DNA from: Squalus acanthias
Lineage: Eukaryota
DNA: 64,000 nucleotides
Assembly: GCA_030390025.1 (NCBI GenBank)
Contig: CM059432.1
Span: forward strand, 89,282,001-89,346,000
Direction of reading: 5' to 3'
In this document: positions 61,368 through 64,000 of the stretch, one piece after another
Numbering within the stretch: the stretch's first letter is position 1
Layout: every line of letters begins with the position of its first letter
Position numbers and translations under genes: made by a program
Notes under the pieces: model-generated
What the model saw: the letters and a program-made list of their open reading frames with translations, nothing else
What the model was told of the DNA's origin: nothing
Database searches by the model: none

Positions 61368-62390
61368 GGGGGGCGACTTTCGGCAGCACGTTCAGGTGTT
61401 AAAGCTCCTCCGAGGTGGCTAGAGTGGATTCTTGAGCTGAAACGCCAGTTTAGCCCACATTTAGCACAAGACGCCATCTTGGTAAAGGAGTTGAATCGCG
61501 CACTAGGAATGGCTGCACGTCGGCTTGTTAAGGGGCTGACTGCCATTTAAAATGCCTGCTAGTGCTCATTAAAGAGGCTGCACAGCTTTTTGGTGGCTAA
61601 CACTTCAGCTAACGCCCTCTCCTAACAGCAACCAACTATTTGGGCATTGATGTCAATTTCAAGCACTACTTAAAGGGATACTCAACATTTCATGTTCATT
61701 GTTGCTGGAGCTGTGAAGAGGACCTCTGAAACACATCGGGAGACGTCCTGGGACACTTTGTCAAGACTTCACCAACACTCGAGCAACATTTATTCCAGAA
61801 ATTCTCTGATAACCATTTAAAAAGAGTAAGTTCTGTGCTACTCCACCTTACAGGAGTCACCAGGATAAAGGGAGTGCTTGGTCATGGGCACCTTGCTAGG
61901 AGTCCCCCTTGGTCTGGATAAGGAATGGGAGGAGGAAATGAGGCCAAGCAGAGCAGCACCAGCTGCTGCAGGAGAGGGACAGGAGGCCGAGCAGGGTGAT
62001 TTGGAGTCCTTCCCCCCTGTGGGTACAGGACATCCCTCCTCCTCTGGACCTTCTCCACCAGGACCTCCAGTGCCGCATCCGAGAACCTGTGTGCCCTCTC
62101 CCTCGGTTCCTGAGCCATCCTACAACATGCCACTGTATGTCAGCCAGCACACTCCACACCTTCAGTGGGTGCAGAGCCCACATATACTGCACCACAAAAA
62201 TGATGTTTAATCAGCACTTGGGTGCTAAACCTGCAGATGTGTGGTTTAGCACCCACAGGCAAGTTCAAATTATGGTAATCAGCAATTAGGACCAAAATTG
62301 TGCGCTAAATCCAACCTTTCAAACAGGCGTGTCTTATTAGCACAGCACCCATATAGCACCTGTTTTCACCCTTTGGCCAAAATAATTCCC
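61368..62390. mobile_element. Deletion derivative of the Harbinger family at 7732-18085, probable TSD CTG
   Basis: Both ends are homologous to the large element. The transposase 5' end (+, ~61830-61990) is fused to the Myb 5' end (-, MAQEPRERAHRFSDAALEVLVEKV). Confidence 0.85.
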
Positions 62391-62899
62391 CTGATGTTTA
62401 ATCTTATATCTAAGCCCCCTCATTTTAGACCCCTTAACTACTGGAAACAGTCTGCTTGCATCTACCCTGACCCATTCTTTTATAATTTTAAACACTACTA
62501 CCAAATCGCCTCGTAATCTGCATTATTCTGATGAAAAAAGCCCCAATTTTTCAAATTGTTTATTGTAATTTTATTTTCTCATACCAGGCAGCATCCGAGT
62601 GAATCTACGTTGCACCCTCTCTGAGGCCTCAATATCCTAGAAAGAAAGGAAGGTTAGAAATGGGACAGTCGGTATCAGTTGATTTGGTCAATAGCTTTCT
62701 CACCTTTACTTTTGATGTCCTTGTCCCAACAAAACCTATATTCCCACTATAATGGGCCTCAGAGAATCAAACAATCTGAAAAGGAATGCCTGAGAAGAGT
62801 GAACCATTTACAATATCAGCTATCATGGGGTCCAGCAGAAGTTCTTGAGATTGGTGAGAATCGGGTGCGGGTGGAAAAGATAAGTCTCATGGACAAAAT

Positions 62900-63620
62900 T
62901 AACTTGTAAAGAATGGGTGGAGAAACTGAAGAGTGACAGGGGATCAGAGCTAGGGTAGGAGTAGGACTGGGGGGAGGGTTAGCTAAGAGTAAAAGGGGAA
63001 GGGGAAGCAGAGGTGGCAGCTGACCTGATGGTGTTAGAGGTGATGGTAGAGAAGCCAGGGGAGAGGGGTTTTAGAAGGCAGTCAGCATTAGAGAAAAGGG
63101 CCCTCCAGGATAATCCTAGAGTGGTTTGACAGCAGAATGTACGTCACAGTAGAGATTGATGTGGCCAAGTCATATCTGGCGATGAATGCCTAAGCCAGTT
63201 GTGCACGTACATTTGTACCCCTATGATTTGAGGCCTTAACAGGGGAATGGGAGGGATGAGAGACAGTGCAGGGTTTGCTGGGACAAGGACATCAAAAGTA
63301 GAGGTGAGGGAGCTGTTGAGCAAATCAACAGCAGCAGGGGTGTCAAGGTTAATAGAGGGCCACAGGCTAGGCAGTTGGAATTTAGAAAGTGCAATTGTAA
63401 GCAAGTTAAGGAAGATATTTTTCAAAGCTTGAATGCTAAAGGAAGTGGGGTTGAAATGGGGTAGGGGAATATGGATGGCGAAGAAGGCAAAGAAATGGTT
63501 TGGGAAAGCCTTGTCAGTGTTCAAGATGACAACAAGAGATGGTGCTTTGAAGGGGATGTGGATTTTATATTGAAGAATAGTGAATTCAGAGGTTAATAAG
63601 AGGAGAGGAATTTGAAGGGG
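62900..63620 (-). mobile_element. Old L2 ORF2 fragment
   Basis: AVDLLNSSLTSTFDVLVP and LFSNADCLLKPLSP resemble the L2 EN-RT linker. Confidence 0.6.
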
Positions 63621-63900
63621 GGACAGGAGAAGAGCTCGGAGAGGGGAGAGGAGAAGAGCTCAGAGGCGGGGAGAGAAGGTCACCAGCTCGAGGTGGGGGG
63701 AAGGTCAGGAACTTGGGGGGGGTGAAGGTCTGTAACTTAGGCAGGAGAGAAGGTAAGGAACTTGGGGGGAGAAGGTCAGGAACTCGGGCAGGAGAAAAGG
63801 TCAGGAATTCGGGGGGACAAGGTCAGGAACATGGGGGGAAGGAGAAGGTCAGGTACTCGGGGGGGGGAGGAGAAGGTCACAAATTCAGGGAGGGGGGGAT
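63620..63900. repeat. Purine-rich degenerate minisatellite (~22-bp unit gagaaggtcaggaactyggggg)
   Basis: About 8-10 imperfect copies are visible. Confidence 0.7.
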
Positions 63901-64000
63901 AGGGCACGGAGAGAAGAGTGGGGATGGGGGAAGAATGTGATCCAGGTCTAAAGGGGGAGGGATGAGAGCAAGAACATGATCCAGATCATATTCTCCCCCT

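Larger units (their letters stand above)
60300..62640 (-). mobile_element. Old CR1 3' fragment split by Tigger-like and Harbinger insertions
   Basis: Tail at 60300-60379, resuming at 61184-61367 and 62391-62640. Confidence 0.7.

Overview
Vertebrate intergenic or intronic DNA, most likely from a cartilaginous fish. That host is inferred from shark-type CR1 LINEs, an HE1-like V-SINE, Deu-domain SINEs and a Penelope tail. Almost the whole window is nested transposable elements. It holds many CR1 LINE copies, one nearly intact with a single in-frame stop, plus L2 fragments and a complete but inactivated CsRn1-like Ty3/Gypsy LTR retrotransposon. It also holds three solo LTRs with 4-bp TSDs, two-gene PIF/Harbinger transposons (transposase plus Myb/SANT) with many MITE derivatives, and a Tigger-like element. 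A Penelope 3' end carries a minimal hammerhead-ribozyme core, and there is one degenerate C2H2 zinc-finger pseudogene. I recognised no intact host protein-coding gene, rRNA, tRNA or CRISPR. The top candidate novelty is a correctly phased U_UUA_AAC -1 frameshift heptamer at the CR1 ORF1/ORF2 junction, followed by a 19-nt block conserved between two divergent CR1 subfamilies. This suggests ORF2 is made as an ORF1-ORF2 fusion. All calls are by eye; no database search was run.
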